Below are positions 61,097 to 64,000 of a DNA stretch of 64,000 nucleotides, in pieces (positions within the stretch are counted from its first letter, which is position 1; the number at the start of each line of letters is the position of its first letter). Position numbers and translations under genes: made by a program. The DNA lies in assembly GCA_903892035.1 (NCBI GenBank), contig CAITGV010000001.1, positions 291,310 through 355,309 of the forward strand. Direction: 5' to 3'. The notes beneath the pieces were generated by a model. It ran no database searches. It worked only from the letters and a program-made list of their open reading frames with translations, and was not told where the DNA came from. The stretch comes from an uncultured bacterium. GTDB taxonomy: Bacteria; Patescibacteriota; Minisyncoccia; Phycocordibacterales; UBA9973.

Positions 61097-64000
61097 ATGA
61101 ATAAAATTACGCGTGTGCGTGTTTTGTTATCTATTATCATAATTTTTATCAGTGTTTTCTTTTTTACGCCGAAAGCTCAAGCTTCGACGATAGTGACAGA
61201 CGATATCACTTCTGACACGACGTGGACTCTCTCAGGTAGCCCATATGTTTTATTAAATTATATAAATGTATATCAAGGCACCACGCTCACGATACAGCCA
61301 GGTGTAATAGTAAAATCTAGTACTGACGATGGTTTAAGTGTGACGGGTTCGTTGATCGCAAATGGTACTTTATCACAACCAATTATCTTCACATCATATA
61401 AAGACGACAGCGTAGGTGGTGATACAAATGCTGATGGAGTTTCATATCCCGCTGCTAGAGATTGGAAAGGTCTTTATATCAATGACCCCACAAGTAGAAG
61501 TGTATTTTCTCATATAATTTTTAATTATTCGTATTCTCCATTTTACATATCAGATACTCCCACATTCAATATGACGGACTTTCGTGCCAGTAATTTTATA
61601 TACGGCCCAGTATTTGCGAACAACACAAACGGTGTAGTAGATGGTTATTATGTTGAAAATGGAAGAAATAACTTTGATATTTGTAACAACAGTTCGGTTA
61701 CGATGAACAATTTTGACATCGGATATTCAACAATGTTTGAAGCTGTCACTGTTTCTGAAGATTCTTCACTTACGATGACAAATGGAGTATTTCACGACAT
61801 AAGCGACAATGGTATCGCTATTTATGATAGCGGACATATTTCTTTAAACCACGTGACTTTTACGAGAGTAGATGGGACAGCTATAAGTGAATATGGCAAC
61901 GATATGCAATATTATGGATCTAATAGTATTTCGATTATAAATTCAAAAATTCAAGATGCTAATTGGGCATTTTCTATTTATGACGGTCACACAATTTTAA
62001 ATATAAATCACAATTCAATTTCTGGAAATAATTACGGAGTTTTCAATGATACTTTTGATGATAATACAAATACATATACAAATTTAAACTTCGCAAACAA
62101 TTGGTGGGGTGATGCTTCAGGTCCTTACAATCAAATTTCAAATCCATCTGGTCTTGGCGACGAAGTATCTGACGAAGTCACAGTGAGCCCTTGGCTTACG
62201 TCTGACCCACTTCTTGCGACCCACAATCCTGTGATTATCGTTCCTGGACTTATCGGCACGCAAATATTAAAAAATTATAGCGATCATAGTGAAATTTGGC
62301 CAAACATTACGACGCTCATAACTTCAATTTCAGATTCATTTCTTACTCCTCTCGCTTTAAATTCAAATGGCACAGAAAATTCTACTTACCCGATGGCACT
62401 CGGTGATATTTTGCGAAGTGTCGCAGGCAAGGATATTTTTGCAGGTTTAATTACGAACCTTACTTCTAGTGGTTATACAGAAGGCACAAATCTTTTTGTC
62501 TTTCCTTACGATTGGCGCAAGAGTGATGTGGACGACGCAGTGTTATTAAAAAATAAAATTGACGCAGTGCTTGCGCAAACTGGTGCGACAAAAGTGGACC
62601 TGATAGCGCACAGTATGGGAGGCCTCGTCGCGAAGTCATACATTGCACAAAATGGAACTGGCAGTGTAGGCAAAATGATTTTCATTGGCACTCCGCATTT
62701 GGGTGCACCGAAGTCTTTTAAAGCCTTGATGTACGGAGATGATATGGGATTTCATTTTGGAATCGAACTTTTAAGTTCTGCTGAAGTAAAGTTGTTTTCT
62801 CAAAACTTTCCTTCAGCATTTGATTTAATACCAAGTAGAAAATACGTCGATGGTGAAAATAATTTCCTTGGTACGAAATATGTAAATGACGCGACGACAA
62901 ATACTGGTGGGTGGCTTTCTTATAATCAGACGAAAACCTTTATGACTACTGCTGGCAGAAATAATTCACTATTTTCTCAAGCAGAAAGTTTGCACAGTGC
63001 GACCGACGACCTCGATATGACCGGCGCTGATGTTTACAATTTTTCTGGTTGCGGGGGTAAAACAATTGGAAGAATTACAGCTACAAAAGAAAAGTCGTGG
63101 ACTTCACTTTGGCAGAAAGTCGTAGACGATTACCAGCTCGGCTATACCGATGGCGACGAGACAGTGCCAGTACTTTCTTCTGCTGGAACATACACTCATC
63201 AGTACTATATTAAAGGGTATTCTCATGCATTGCTTCCGTCGGCAAATGGAGTTCCAGATACAATTCTTTCCATTCTTTCAGGAAATACAATTCCAACGTA
63301 CCAAAATATTTCTACAAATAATTCATTCTGCGGAATTTCTGGAAAAGTTGTAAGTTCGCATAGCCCTGTGACTCTTGATGTCTACGACAATGCTGGCAAC
63401 CATACAGGGCCCACAAGTACAGGGGACATTGAATATGGTATTCCAGGAGTAGCATACGATATTGTAGGTGATGCGAAGTTTGCGTTTTTACCAGACGGTG
63501 GAGATTATAAGGTGGTAAACAAAGCTACTGATACAGGTGCTTACAATTTCTTTGTGCAGACAGTAAATGCGAGTGACCAGGTAACAAATACAGAATACTT
63601 CAATCAAATTCCACTCAATACAATGCAGACAAATAGTGAAGTGGATATTAGTCCTAATACAACAAATAATGTGGTAAAAATTGATCAGACCGGTGACGGA
63701 ATATTCGAAAATACAATTCAGCCTTCGGCTGTGCTTGATGCGACAAAGTCTCTCGATACTACAGCACCTGTGACAAAAATGAAAAAACAAGATGGTAAAA
63801 TAAAATTTACAGCATCTGATGACAATTCAGGAGTATTGAAGATTGAATACTCAGTTAATAAAGGAGCAACATGGAAAGTGTATACGAAACCGTTTGAAGC
63901 TGATGTAAAGAAAATATGGTATTTTTCCACAGATAAAGCTGGCAATGCTGAGGCGGTAAATGTTTCAAATAAAGAAGACAAAGATTCTCGTCATAAATAT
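61097..64000 (+). CDS. Large secreted protein: right-handed beta-helix plus alpha/beta-hydrolase (LCAT/PGAP1-like lipase); 3' truncated and absent from the ORF track
   Basis: ATG at 61097 with signal peptide (KAQA); I.SDTTWT..GSPY, NNWWG..SGP, FPYDWR, DLIAHSMGG (Ser codon 62612), GTPHLG and GD.TVP; the frame is still open at 64000. Confidence 0.9.
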   Translation, partial: MNKITRVRVLLSIIIIFISVFFFTPKAQASTIVTDDITSDTTWTLSGSPYVLLNYINVYQGTTLTIQPGVIVKSSTDDGLSVTGSLIANGTLSQPIIFTSYKDDSVGGDTNADGVSYPAARDWKGLYINDPTSRSVFSHIIFNYSYSPFYISDTPTFNMTDFRASNFIYGPVFANNTNGVVDGYYVENGRNNFDICNNSSVTMNNFDIGYSTMFEAVTVSEDSSLTMTNGVFHDISDNGIAIYDSGHISLNHVTFTRVDGTAISEYGNDMQYYGSNSISIINSKIQDANWAFSIYDGHTILNINHNSISGNNYGVFNDTFDDNTNTYTNLNFANNWWGDASGPYNQISNPSGLGDEVSDEVTVSPWLTSDPLLATHNPVIIVPGLIGTQILKNYSDHSEIWPNITTLITSISDSFLTPLALNSNGTENSTYPMALGDILRSVAGKDIFAGLITNLTSSGYTEGTNLFVFPYDWRKSDVDDAVLLKNKIDAVLAQTGATKVDLIAHSMGGLVAKSYIAQNGTGSVGKMIFIGTPHLGAPKSFKALMYGDDMGFHFGIELLSSAEVKLFSQNFPSAFDLIPSRKYVDGENNFLGTKYVNDATTNTGGWLSYNQTKTFMTTAGRNNSLFSQAESLHSATDDLDMTGADVYNFSGCGGKTIGRITATKEKSWTSLWQKVVDDYQLGYTDGDETVPVLSSAGTYTHQYYIKGYSHALLPSANGVPDTILSILSGNTIPTYQNISTNNSFCGISGKVVSSHSPVTLDVYDNAGNHTGPTSTGDIEYGIPGVAYDIVGDAKFAFLPDGGDYKVVNKATDTGAYNFFVQTVNASDQVTNTEYFNQIPLNTMQTNSEVDISPNTTNNVVKIDQTGDGIFENTIQPSAVLDATKSLDTTAPVTKMKKQDGKIKFTASDDNSGVLKIEYSVNKGATWKVYTKPFEADVKKIWYFSTDKAGNAEAVNVSNKEDKDSRHKY

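Noticed and set aside
1-64000. Alternative genetic code (TGA=Gly), prophage or IS elements
   Set aside because: TGA acts as a stop in ATGA overlaps and genes are full length under code 11; no phage structural, integrase or transposase motifs were seen

Overview
AT-rich chromosomal window, most consistent with a Patescibacteria (CPR) Parcubacteria/Paceibacteria-type bacterium. Evidence is inferential: compact genes, a pilMNOP cluster, a CPR-type Cys-rich protein, rplK not followed by rplA, tRNA-Arg(GCG) and many apparently leaderless genes. It holds about 75 CDS, including housekeeping genes (polA, holA, mutM, ruvA, rpsT, rplS, secE-nusG-rplK, argS), a large folate/dTTP cluster, an efflux operon and a RelBE-type pair with a frameshifted toxin. 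There are 7 tRNA genes. No rRNA, CRISPR array, transposase or integrase was seen. Two genes missing from the ORF track were found: a 55-aa membrane ORF (39874-40041) and a >968-aa secreted beta-helix/lipase protein (61097 to window end). Most unusual signals: (1) short palindromic or REP-like DNA elements sitting in frame inside several conserved enzymes; (2) three tRNA genes followed by direct, and in two cases also inverted, copies of their own 3' ends; (3) a bacillithiol-type bshC-bshB-bshA operon with a half-size BshC-like ligase; (4) a YhhQ-RibD_C-CofE-like operon that may be an alternative folate salvage and polyglutamylation module. All product calls come from motif recognition by eye; no database search was run.
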